Assembly (NCBI GenBank): GCA_031800675.1
Contig: DAPKRU010000056.1
Coordinates: 70,626-134,625 of the forward strand
Direction: 5' to 3'
Source: Polyangiaceae bacterium LLY-WYZ-15_(1-7)
GTDB lineage: Bacteria > Myxococcota_A > Polyangia > Polyangiales > Houyiibacteriaceae
DNA length: 64,000 nt
Numbering within the stretch: position 1 is the stretch's first letter; each line of letters opens with the position of its first letter. The position numbers and the translations under genes are program-made. Positions 38,733 to 47,166 of the stretch are shown piece after piece. The notes under the pieces are model-generated. The model was not told the origin of the DNA, made no database searches, and was given only the letters and a program-made list of their open reading frames with translations.

Positions 38733-40058
38733 CTAGGCGAGGGGACGGCGGCGGCGGAGGGCCCAGAGGCCGAGCAGCAGCCAGGGGAACGCGACCTCGC
38801 CGCGCCCGGCCGTCCGGCAGCTGCAGCCCGCCCCGACGGCCTTGCGGAGCTCGCGCGGCTGGAAGGTCCCCGCGTCGAGGCCCGGCGCCCCGGCGTCCGG
38901 TCCACCGACGCCCGCGTCCACGCCCGGCCCCCCATCCACGCCCGGCCCCGCGTCGGTCCCCGGGCAGACCGGATCGACCCCGTCGCAGTCCGAGTCCACC
39001 CCGTCCCCGCAGGCGTCCGCCGCCCCCGGGTAGATGGTCGGGTCGTCGTCGCGGCAGTCCACGCTCGTGTTCGCTCCGTCCATGTCCGCGTCGACCGGCG
39101 CGCTCCGGCAGACGTCGTCGCCCGCCTGCACCATGCAGCCCGCGTCACAGTCCTCGCGCGTGACCTCACCGTCGACGCAGCGCGCCCGGCCGGTCCCGTC
39201 GCAGCTCCACTCGGCGCCGAGCCCATCGGGGCAGGCCGGCGGGTCCGCGCAGACGTCGTCCGTGCCCGTCGGCATGGCGACGCAGCCGTAGGGGCAGGCC
39301 TCCCGCATCACCTCGCCGTCGATGCAGCGCACCCGCTCGGTGCCCGCCATCTCGCAGGTCCAGATCGGATACGTGCCCTCCGGGCAGGTCGGCGTGGTCG
39401 GCCCGCAGGTGGTCCCGGGGAGCCCGCGGTAGCTCCCCTGCTCGTTCCAGAGCGTGGACGCGATGTCCGAGCAGTCCCCCTCGAAGGGGTCGAACGCCGT
39501 CGTGTACCCCCCGCCGAGCGGCCGCGTCTCGAAGTGCAGGTGCGCGCCCGTGCTGCAGCCCGAGCTCGCCACCTGCCCGACCACGTCCCCGCAGCGCACC
39601 GTGTCGCCCACGCCGAAGCGGATCGAGCCGTTCCGCATGTGCGCGTAGGTGACCTTGTAGGAGCCGTGGTTGATGACGAGGTGGTTGCCGTAGCCGAAGC
39701 CGAAGTCCGTGCCACAGCCCGAGCCGCCGCAGGCCGTGCACATGTCGAAGTGCCCGTCCTCGGCCCGCTCGACGACCCCGTCCGCGGCGGCGACCACGTC
39801 GTGGCCCGCGGCGATGGCGCCGTTGCCCCCCGAGAGGCTGAAGTCGGAGCCGCGGTGCCCGTCGTAGGAGCTGCTCCCGCAGTTCCAGTCGAGGTCCCCC
39901 GCGTCGCCGCCGTTGTTGTCGAAGTAGTACCAGTTGCCGATGGGCACGTCGCTGGCGAGCGGGCGGCTCAGCTGCGCGGCAGCGGGCGCGGGCCCGGCGA
40001 GCGCGTGCAGGGCGAGCGCGGCGAGGGGAGCGGCGATGGCGAGAGGCAGGCGGCTCAT
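38733..40058 (-). CDS. M23 family metallopeptidase with Cys-rich / MopE-like metal-binding motif region and MYXO-CTERM sorting tail
   Basis: Signal peptide. M23 motifs HRGSDF and GAHLHFE. DADMDGANTSVDCRDDDPTIYPGAADACGDGVDSDCDG. C-terminal GAGCSC...FPWLLLGLWALRRRR. Confidence 0.85.
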   Translation of the reverse strand: MSRLPLAIAAPLAALALHALAGPAPAAAQLSRPLASDVPIGNWYYFDNNGGDAGDLDWNCGSSSYDGHRGSDFSLSGGNGAIAAGHDVVAAADGVVERAEDGHFDMCTACGGSGCGTDFGFGYGNHLVINHGSYKVTYAHMRNGSIRFGVGDTVRCGDVVGQVASSGCSTGAHLHFETRPLGGGYTTAFDPFEGDCSDIASTLWNEQGSYRGLPGTTCGPTTPTCPEGTYPIWTCEMAGTERVRCIDGEVMREACPYGCVAMPTGTDDVCADPPACPDGLGAEWSCDGTGRARCVDGEVTREDCDAGCMVQAGDDVCRSAPVDADMDGANTSVDCRDDDPTIYPGAADACGDGVDSDCDGVDPVCPGTDAGPGVDGGPGVDAGVGGPDAGAPGLDAGTFQPRELRKAVGAGCSCRTAGRGEVAFPWLLLGLWALRRRRPLA

Positions 40059-40846
40059 GGCGCGCCCCTCCAGCGGCGGCGCACGGGCCGCGCGTCGGCG
40101 CCGTCCCAGACGACCTCGTCGCCCTCGAAGCGGAGCGCCGAGGCGCTGCCGGGCGGGCGCACGTAGCGGTCGCCCCAGTCCTCCCCGACGCGCAGATCGC
40201 AGTTGCTCAGGCAGCGCGCCTCGCCGCCCTCCGCGTCGATCCGCCAGAGCCCCGCGACTCCGCTCGGCTGCGCGCCGACCCCGAGCACGCTCCGCCCGTC
40301 CGGCGCCCAGCGGAGCGCCCCGAGGCTCTGCAGCCCCGTCGGGAATCGCGCGATCTCACCGCCGCGCGGCGCCTCCCCGGCCGCGAGCGCGCCAGCCACC
40401 GCCGCGAGCCCATCGAGCTCGGCGACCCAGAGCTCGGCCTCGAGCCGCGGTCCCTCCTCCCGCGCCACGACCCAGGCGGCCCGCGCGCCGTCGGGCGAGC
40501 GCCGCGGCGCCGCGAAGACGCCCCGGGCGAGCACGACCTCGTCGAGCCGCAGCACGCGCTCCCCGTCCACCCAGGCGATGGCGTCGCCGAAGGCCACCGC
40601 GTCCACGACCGGCGGCAGCTCCACCGGCGTCCGCGTTCCGTCGCCATGCTCCCAGGCGAGCGCATGGAGCGGCGCGCCGTCTCCGCCCGGCGGCGGCGCC
40701 CAGACCTGCTCGGCCTTCACCAGCCGTCGCCCGGAGGACCGCGCCCCCTCGAGCGCCTGGGCCTCCGCGCCGACCTCCCCACCGGAGCGCCCCGGCGTGC
40801 AGCCCACGAGGCCGACCAGGAGCGCGGAGACGAAGAGGGAACGCAT
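40055..40846 (-). CDS. lipoprotein, function unknown
   Basis: MRSLFVSALLVGLVGC lipobox. Its stop overlaps the M23 peptidase start (ATGA 40055-40058). Confidence 0.6.
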   Translation of the reverse strand: MRSLFVSALLVGLVGCTPGRSGGEVGAEAQALEGARSSGRRLVKAEQVWAPPPGGDGAPLHALAWEHGDGTRTPVELPPVVDAVAFGDAIAWVDGERVLRLDEVVLARGVFAAPRRSPDGARAAWVVAREEGPRLEAELWVAELDGLAAVAGALAAGEAPRGGEIARFPTGLQSLGALRWAPDGRSVLGVGAQPSGVAGLWRIDAEGGEARCLSNCDLRVGEDWGDRYVRPPGSASALRFEGDEVVWDGADARPVRRRWRGAP

Positions 40847-40955
40847 CAGGTCCCGAGCATAGCGCGGTGAACCGCTCTCGCGCAGCGCCGTCAGCGCAGT
40901 TCAGCCCGCCGCCGCTTTCTGGCCCGGTCCCGGCCGCGCGAGCGACCCTCGCGCC

Positions 40956-41126
40956 ATGCCGCAGCCCCCGAAGAAGCGCGTCCTCCGCTCCAGCGCCGGC
41001 TCCACCTGGCGCATGGCCAGCTACGAGCCCGTCCCGCCCCCTCCCCCCGAGCTCCCCGAGCCGCGCCCCCCGCGCCGCCGCGAGCGCCTCGACCGCCGGC
41101 TCCTCGCCGCCCTCCGCCGCATCTGA
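40956..41126 (+). CDS. possible 56-aa small protein (below the ORF-track cutoff)
   Basis: Read by eye: MPQPPKKRVLRSSAGSTWRMASYEPVPPPPPELPEPRPPRRRERLDRRLLAALRRI. G/C at nearly every third position. No clear Shine-Dalgarno sequence. Confidence 0.25.
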   Translation: MPQPPKKRVLRSSAGSTWRMASYEPVPPPPPELPEPRPPRRRERLDRRLLAALRRI

Positions 41127-41183
41127 GCCCGCAACCCAGCACGACCCCCGGCGACGCCCTCCCGCGCATGCCATGATCGCCTC

Positions 41184-42035
41184 GTGCGCGAGGTGACCGA
41201 GGCCCTGCTCGAGGTGCTCCGAGGGGGCGGCCGCGGCGCGCTCGCGACCGTCGTCCGCACGGCCGGCTCGGCCCCCCAGGTCCCCGGCGCCCGCCTGCTC
41301 CTCCGCCCGGACGGCCAGCTCGTCGGGACCGTGGGCGGCGGCGCCATCGAGCAGGTCGTCGTCGAGGAGCTCCGCGCCTGCCACGCCGACGGCCGGCCGC
41401 GGGTCGTCCGCCGCGATCTGGGGCGCGACCTCGGCATGTGCTGCGGCGGCCGCATGGAGGTGTTCGTGGAGCCCATCGAGAGCGCGCCCCGGCTGATCGT
41501 CTTCGGCGCCGGCCACGTCGCCAAACCCACGGCGGCGCTCGCCCGCACGGTCGGCTTCGAGGTGGTCGTCGTCGACGACCGGGAGGAGCTCAACACGGAG
41601 GCGCGCTTCCCCGGCTGCACCCGGCTCCCCTTCGAGCCCGAGGAGGCCGTGGAGGATCTCGCGCCGCGCGCGAGCGACTGGCTGCTCATCGTCACGCACG
41701 ACCACCACCTCGACGAGCGCGCCCTCGACGTCTACGCGCGCCGCCCGCACCGCTACATCGGCATGATCGGGAGCCGCCGGAAGGTCTTCCGCGTGCTCCA
41801 ACGCATCCACGCCCGCGCCGCGCTGCCGCCCCTCGAGAGGGTCTACGCGCCCGTCGGCCTCGACGTCGGCGCCGTGACGCCGGAGGAGATCGCCGTGAGC
41901 ATCGTCGGCGAGCTGGTCGCGCTCCGGCACGCGCAGCCGGCGGCGCACATGCGCGCCGTGGAGGACCCGCGCCTCCGCAAGGTGCTCGAGGGGCAGCTCA
42001 CCCCCGAGGCCGCCGCGAAGCTCCCGGCCGAGTAG
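41184..42035 (+). CDS. XdhC/CoxI family accessory protein
   Basis: ALATVVRTAGSAPQVPGARLLL..DG...GTVGGGAIE, then the Rossmann-like VFGAGHVAKPTAALARTVGFEVVVVDDREE. Confidence 0.8.
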   Translation: MREVTEALLEVLRGGGRGALATVVRTAGSAPQVPGARLLLRPDGQLVGTVGGGAIEQVVVEELRACHADGRPRVVRRDLGRDLGMCCGGRMEVFVEPIESAPRLIVFGAGHVAKPTAALARTVGFEVVVVDDREELNTEARFPGCTRLPFEPEEAVEDLAPRASDWLLIVTHDHHLDERALDVYARRPHRYIGMIGSRRKVFRVLQRIHARAALPPLERVYAPVGLDVGAVTPEEIAVSIVGELVALRHAQPAAHMRAVEDPRLRKVLEGQLTPEAAAKLPAE

Positions 42036-42046
42036 CGCGCCGGCGC

Positions 42047-42493
42047 TCAGGCGCGCTTGCCGAAGACCGCGAGGGCGACGCCGGCCAGGCAGAGCAGCGC
42101 GCCGCCGACGCGCGCCGGGCTGAGGGCGATGCGCTCGACGACCGCGTCCCAGATCAGGCTCGCCGCCATCTGCGCCGCGACCACGCCGACGAAGACCTCG
42201 AGGGCGCCGATGCGCGCGACGGCCCAGGGGAGCCCGGTGATCAGCAGGAATCCGAAGACCCCCGGGAGCAGCCACCAGATCTTGAGCTGCGAGGGCGAGG
42301 CGCCGGGAGCGACGGCGTCCAGCCAGCCCCGCTGGGCCGCGAAGAAGAAGCCGCCCGCGAGGAGCGCCACCATCACGCCGTTCAGGAAGATCGTCGGCGC
42401 GAGCCCCCACGTCGCGGCGATGCGCCGGTTGAGGCCGGCCTGGAAGACGGCGATGGCGCCCAGGGAGAAGGCGACGGCGAGCGCGGCGGGCAT
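42047..42493 (-). CDS. small DMT-superfamily membrane protein (DUF606/YdcZ-like)
   Basis: About 149 aa with five hydrophobic helices, taken from ATG 42493 inside track ORF 42047..42574. Family call is from overall pattern only. Confidence 0.55.
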   Translation of the reverse strand: MPAALAVAFSLGAIAVFQAGLNRRIAATWGLAPTIFLNGVMVALLAGGFFFAAQRGWLDAVAPGASPSQLKIWWLLPGVFGFLLITGLPWAVARIGALEVFVGVVAAQMAASLIWDAVVERIALSPARVGGALLCLAGVALAVFGKRA

Positions 42494-42643
42494 GGGGGCC
42501 AGACGCGTTACCCGCTCCGGCGCGGCGGGTCCAGCCACGATGGACATCCCCCGGACACGAGGCCGAAACACCACGCGCTCGCGGCTCGGCTCGGTCCCCC
42601 TTCGCCCCGACCCGCGTGAAGAGGTGAAGGGGTGCAGCGGCGC

Positions 42644-43045
42644 TCAGGCGGCGGGCGGGAGGTAGCGCAGGCGGCGCTGGGGCACGGGCGGGGGCGTGCC
42701 GCGGAGCTCCTCGCCGAGGCGGATGCGGCTCTCGAGGGCGATGTTCGTGAAGCGGAGCCCGACCGCGTAGCCCGGGTCGCCCTCGCGCCAGCCGCCGACG
42801 ACCCGCGCGACCTTCGCCTCGGCGTCCACCCAGGTGTCCGAGCCGGGGATCTGGAAGCTCACGACGACGTCCTGCCCGACGCGCGCCTCGGCGTCGGCGG
42901 CGAGGAGCATGCCGTGCGGCGAGACGTCGAGGACGCGCTCACCGAGGAGCTCGAAGCCGTCGAGGAGAGCGGCCTGGCAGGGGGTGCGGAGGGCGCGCCG
43001 GACGATCTTGCGGCGCGCGACGGAGGAACGGGACGAGGTGCGCAT
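42644..43045 (-). CDS. stand-alone PilZ domain protein
   Basis: ATG at 43045 inside track ORF 42644..43504. RRKIVRR (RxxxR) and DVSPHGM (D-x-S-x-x-G) c-di-GMP binding motifs. Confidence 0.7.
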   Translation of the reverse strand: MRTSSRSSVARRKIVRRALRTPCQAALLDGFELLGERVLDVSPHGMLLAADAEARVGQDVVVSFQIPGSDTWVDAEAKVARVVGGWREGDPGYAVGLRFTNIALESRIRLGEELRGTPPPVPQRRLRYLPPAA

Positions 43046-43177
43046 GATGTGCTCCGATGTAGGACACGAACGTACCTGCGCCCGATCCCCGCTCCAAGAA
43101 AGCGGCGGCCCGCCCCGGCGGCGCGCCTTCGACGGCGCGCCTTCGACGGCCCCGAAGCCCGCTGCTATGGGGAGGGC

Positions 43178-43537
43178 ATGGGTCTGCTCGGCAAGCTGTT
43201 CGCCAAGAAGAAGATGCCCGTCCACCTGGACGATGCGTCGTTCACCGAGGAGGTGCTCCAGAGCGACCTCCCGGTCATCGTCGACGTCTGGTCCCCCGGC
43301 TGCGCGCCCTGCAAGAAGCTCGAGGAGATCATGGTCGGGCTCGCGACCGAGTACGACGGCCGCGTGAAGGTCTGCGAGCTCGGCACGCACATCGCGCCGC
43401 AGACGGCCGCGAAGCTGCGCATCAGCGCGACGCCGACGGTCCTCTACTTCCAGAAGGGCCGCGAGAAGGATCGCGTGATGGGCTTCCGCGGCAGCCTCTA
43501 CCACCAGCAGGCGATCGAAGAGCTCTTCGAGGTCTGA
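43178..43537 (+). CDS. thioredoxin-fold protein (CAPC active site)
   Basis: ATG at 43178 with GGGGAGGG upstream. VIVDVWSPGCAPCKKL...ATPTVLYF. Confidence 0.85.
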   Translation: MGLLGKLFAKKKMPVHLDDASFTEEVLQSDLPVIVDVWSPGCAPCKKLEEIMVGLATEYDGRVKVCELGTHIAPQTAAKLRISATPTVLYFQKGREKDRVMGFRGSLYHQQAIEELFEV

Positions 43538-43729
43538 GCCGACGCGCGGTGCCGACGCGCGGTGCCGACGCCCGGCCGCCGCTGTCGACGCCCGGTGCCG
43601 ACGCCCGGCCGCGCGCCTCCCGACCCGCCTCGCGTTCCCCGCCGTCGACGCGCACCGCGGCGCGAGCGGGCGACGCTCCGACGCACCTCTGCGCTCGCGT
43701 TCTCGCGCGGATCCGCTACCTTCCGCCGG

Positions 43730-45466
43730 GTGGATCGCGTTCTAGCTTTCATCTCTTGCGTCTGTCTGCTCGCCCTCCCCGCCTGCGGTGACGACGACGG
43801 CACCTCCCTCGACCGCGGCGACGCCAGCCCCGACGCCACCACGCCCGACGCAGGCGCCCTGCCGGACACGGGCCCCCCGGGCGACGCCGGCTCCCCGGTC
43901 CCGGACGACGTCTGCGCGCGCCTCGACCTCCCGCGCGACGGCTTCGACGCCGACGCCGACGGCCTGGTCTTCGGCGAGCCCGCCGGCGACTTCACCGTCA
44001 CCGAGCTCGATGGCTCCACCTGGAACCTCCGCGAGGAGTGGACCGGCTGCGAGAGCTTCGTCTTCCTGATCTACTTCCCGAGCACCTACGGCGACGCGCT
44101 CTTCTCCACGGTCCCGGAGCCCCTCGTCGATCGCAGCCCGGAGAACGCGCACTTCTTCCTCACCTCCTACGAGGAGAGCGAGGCCGACCGGCGCGCCACC
44201 ATGGAGCGCATGAGCGCCGCCCTCGAGGAGGGCTTCGACTTCCTCGAGTGGACCGACGAGCAGCGCGAAGCCGCCCGCGAGCGCGTCCACTTCGTCGTCG
44301 ATCGCGTCGACCAGATCGAGGGCAGCGTCGGCCCCTTCGTCACCGACTACATCGAGTACATGCAGGACTCGGACAACCGGGTGGACCTCGGCGACCGGGG
44401 CCTGATCCGGCCGCCGGCGCCCTTCGTCTTCGGCATCGACCGGGAGCAGCGCTGGGACGCCGGCGGCAGCCTCGACGAGTTCGTCGGCGGCGAGCCGCGC
44501 CTCTCCATGGCCGCCTACCTGCCGCACTTCTACGACCACCGGGCGGCCCTCCGGCATCGCCTCGAGGGCGAGGAGGGCGTCGAGGAGATCGTGGTGCTCG
44601 ACGAGGACGTGACCGACCGCGTGCTCACCCGCGAGGTCACGCTCCCGGACGCCGAGACCATGGCCGCCTTCGACACGCTCGAGATCGACGTCGCCGTGAA
44701 CTGCCCCCACCGGAGCCCCTTCGCGTGCTCCGAGTGGGATCGCATCGCGCGCATCGAGCTCTGCCTGGACGAGGGCTGCGAGGAGCGGCGCGAGCTGGTG
44801 CGCTGGATCACGCCCTACTGGCGGCGCGGCCTGCGTCGCTGGGCCCTCGACGCCTCGCCCCTGCTCGGCCTCCTCCGCGAGGGCGGCGCGCAGACGCTCC
44901 GCGTGGTGATGGGCCCGGAGTGGGAGCGCGCCACCGAGCGGCATGCGCGCGTGGCCCTGCGGCTCTCGGAGCGAGGCGGCCCGCGCGCCATCGGGGCGGC
45001 CCTGGCCTTCCGCGGCGGCAACCTCGACGCGAGCTACAACGAGCGCGAGCCCTTCGCCTTCACGCCCCCCGAGGGCGCGACGCGCGTGGAGCTCGTGACG
45101 ATCCTCAGCGGCCACGGCCAGGCCGAGGGCACCAACTGCGCCGAGTGGTGCGACCACCGGCACCGCTTCCGGGTCGACGGCACGGACCTCGAGGAGATCG
45201 CCTCGGGCCCGGGCATCGGCTCGGCGCGGGGCTGCGCGGAGCTCGCGGCCGAAGGCGTGCCGCCCGGTCAGTGGGGCAACTGGGCGCCGCAGCGCGCCTA
45301 CTGGTGCCCCGGCCTGCCCGTGACGCCGCAGCGGGTCGACATCACGGACCACGTCACGCCCGGCAGCGAGAGCACGCTCGAGTACGCGGCGCGCTACCGC
45401 ACGGAGGCCCCGGACGGAGCGGGCGGCAACGTCGACCTGAGCGCCTACGTCGTCTGGTACGAGTGA
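43730..45466 (+). CDS. lipoprotein with PNGase F-like (peptide-N-glycosidase F related) domains
   Basis: GTG at 43730. LLALPAC lipobox. CSEWDRIARIEL...RWITPYW and SGHGQAEGTNCAEWC...PGQWGNWAPQRAYWCPGLPV align with the CDEWDR...ITPYW and GCAEWC...PGNWAPDRAGWCPGMAV segments of Flavobacterium PNGase F, recalled from memory. Confidence 0.75.
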   Translation: MDRVLAFISCVCLLALPACGDDDGTSLDRGDASPDATTPDAGALPDTGPPGDAGSPVPDDVCARLDLPRDGFDADADGLVFGEPAGDFTVTELDGSTWNLREEWTGCESFVFLIYFPSTYGDALFSTVPEPLVDRSPENAHFFLTSYEESEADRRATMERMSAALEEGFDFLEWTDEQREAARERVHFVVDRVDQIEGSVGPFVTDYIEYMQDSDNRVDLGDRGLIRPPAPFVFGIDREQRWDAGGSLDEFVGGEPRLSMAAYLPHFYDHRAALRHRLEGEEGVEEIVVLDEDVTDRVLTREVTLPDAETMAAFDTLEIDVAVNCPHRSPFACSEWDRIARIELCLDEGCEERRELVRWITPYWRRGLRRWALDASPLLGLLREGGAQTLRVVMGPEWERATERHARVALRLSERGGPRAIGAALAFRGGNLDASYNEREPFAFTPPEGATRVELVTILSGHGQAEGTNCAEWCDHRHRFRVDGTDLEEIASGPGIGSARGCAELAAEGVPPGQWGNWAPQRAYWCPGLPVTPQRVDITDHVTPGSESTLEYAARYRTEAPDGAGGNVDLSAYVVWYE

Positions 45467-45581
45467 GCCGCTTCGCCGCGCGCCGGGTCGATCCGATGCG
45501 CGGCGTCGACCCGATGCGCGGCGTCGACCCGATGGCGAAGGCGTTCGCGCAGCGCTCGGTCAGCGAAGGAGCGCGGGCGGG

Positions 45582-46421
45582 TCAGTAGGCGCGCCGCTGG
45601 GCGGCGAGCGCGTGGTTCCGCATGCGGAGGTCGCCGGTCTCCGCGTAGAGCTCCCCGAAGATCGCCGCCGCGTCCATCATGCGGCCCTCGCGCATGGCGA
45701 AGATCGCCTCCGCCTCGCGCGCCCCGGCGCCGCCCGCCTCCGCGAAGGCCCGGAGCGCCGCCGCCCGCCGGTCGAGGGGCGCGTCGTGCACCTCGAGGGC
45801 GAGCCAGCCGTGGTAGGCCTGCAGCTCGACGGGCGCGAACCCCTCGGTGAGCGGGCGCCGATGGATGCCGTTCCAGCGCGCCCGGAAGAGCGCCCAGACG
45901 ACTGGCGCCGGCGCGACAATCCGCCCGCCTTCGCTGGCGTGGTAGCGATCGAGCATGCGCGGGAAGGAGCCGAGCACCTCTTCCTCGGTCTCCTGCTCGA
46001 GCTCGCCCGCGAGCGCCGGCTCGAGCTGCTGCATGGCCTCCGCCCGGAGCGCGGCGATGGCGTCCGGTCCCTGCTGCTGCCGGAGGGTCGCCACGGCGCC
46101 GCGGATCTGCCGCTCGCGCGCGGCGAAGGCCTCCTGCGACTCGCCCTGCCCGACCTCCGCGCGCCCCTGCGCCGCGTAGAGCGCGCGGAGCCGATCGGCG
46201 ACCCCGCCTTCGGGCGCCTGGCCGGCGAGGCGCGCGCTCTCCGCACGCACCTCGGCGAAGGCCCCGTCGTCGAGGCGGAGGGGCGGCAGCTCGTGCGGCG
46301 TGACCGGCTTCGGCAACACGAGGAAGAGGGCGCCGAACGCGGCCGCGAAGGTCGCGAGGATGAGGCGCGCACCGGAGGGCGTGAGGCGCGAGCGAGGCGC
46401 CTTGACGGGGGGCTCGGCCAA
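45582..46421 (-). CDS. hypothetical membrane-anchored protein
   Basis: 279 aa with one N-terminal TM segment (LILATFAAAFGALFLVL). The rest is helical and Ala/Glu/Arg-rich. No motif recognised. Confidence 0.5.
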   Translation of the reverse strand: MAEPPVKAPRSRLTPSGARLILATFAAAFGALFLVLPKPVTPHELPPLRLDDGAFAEVRAESARLAGQAPEGGVADRLRALYAAQGRAEVGQGESQEAFAARERQIRGAVATLRQQQGPDAIAALRAEAMQQLEPALAGELEQETEEEVLGSFPRMLDRYHASEGGRIVAPAPVVWALFRARWNGIHRRPLTEGFAPVELQAYHGWLALEVHDAPLDRRAAALRAFAEAGGAGAREAEAIFAMREGRMMDAAAIFGELYAETGDLRMRNHALAAQRRAY

Positions 46422-46491
46422 GCGCTACCCCTTGGGCCCCGTCGGGCGCGACGCCCGCGGGCCCACCCGAGCAGGCTCCCCGGAGGCCCCC

Positions 46492-46815
46492 GTGACCGGA
46501 CGTCGCGTCCACGAACGATACGACTGCGAGCTCCCCGTCACCCTCGTCCACGGCGAGGAGGAGACCCCGGGCAAGGCGACCAACATCAGCCTGGGTGGGA
46601 TGTACGTCGTGACGCCCCTCGAGCTCGCGTACGGCACGCCGGTGAAGGTACGTTTCCGCGTCCCCGCGCTCAAGGAAGACGCGCTCGTGGAGTGCACCGT
46701 GCGCTGGGCGAAGGACGACGGGATCGGCGCGCAGTTCGGCAGCCTGCGCGCGATCGAGGTCTGGGCGCTGAACCAGTACTTCAAGGGGCTGGAGCCCTCG
46801 CCGGTCCCGGAATAG
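46492..46815 (+). CDS. stand-alone PilZ domain protein
   Basis: GTG at 46492 with GGAGG 5 nt upstream. GRRVHER (RxxxR) and NISLGGM (N-x-S-x-x-G). Confidence 0.75.
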   Translation: MTGRRVHERYDCELPVTLVHGEEETPGKATNISLGGMYVVTPLELAYGTPVKVRFRVPALKEDALVECTVRWAKDDGIGAQFGSLRAIEVWALNQYFKGLEPSPVPE

Positions 46816-46917
46816 CTGGCAAGAGGCCAGCGACTCCACCCATGCCCGTGCCCCTGCCCCTGCCCGCCACCTCCCATGAGAGGCCGGCGAGCAGGCTCGT
46901 GCTCCGACACGCCTGAC

Positions 46918-47150
46918 CCGCTCGCGGCTCCACGTCCGAACCCGAAGCCGGGCACGGGCGCGATGGGCACGGGGGCTCGTCCTCGTGCCTGGCCGCTCGC
47001 GGCTCCATGTCCGAACCCGAAGACGGGCACGGGCAGGGGCACGGGCACGGGGGATCGTCCTCGCGTCTGGTCCGCTCGCGGCTCCATGTCCGAACCCGAC
47101 CGCGGGCAGGGGCAGGGGCAGGGGCAGGGGCACGGGGGGTCGGCGTCGCT
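46918..47150. repeat. three tandem copies of a 75-80-nt unit ending in G-tract runs
   Basis: CCGCTCGCGGCTCCA(C/T)GTCCGAACCCGA... starts at 46918, 46993 and 47072. The last copy carries GGG CA GGGG CA GGGG CA GGGG CA GGGG CAC GGGGGG (47104-47139). Confidence 0.85.
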
Positions 47151-47166
47151 TCGCTCCTCCGATCCC

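Noticed and set aside
46425-47087. 220-aa minus-strand ORF over the 77-nt repeats and the PilZ gene
   Set aside because: It is antisense to a well-supported PilZ gene (intact RxxxR and NxSxxG motifs with a GGAGG Shine-Dalgarno). The rest is a translated repeat (GFGHGAASG) with no start context.
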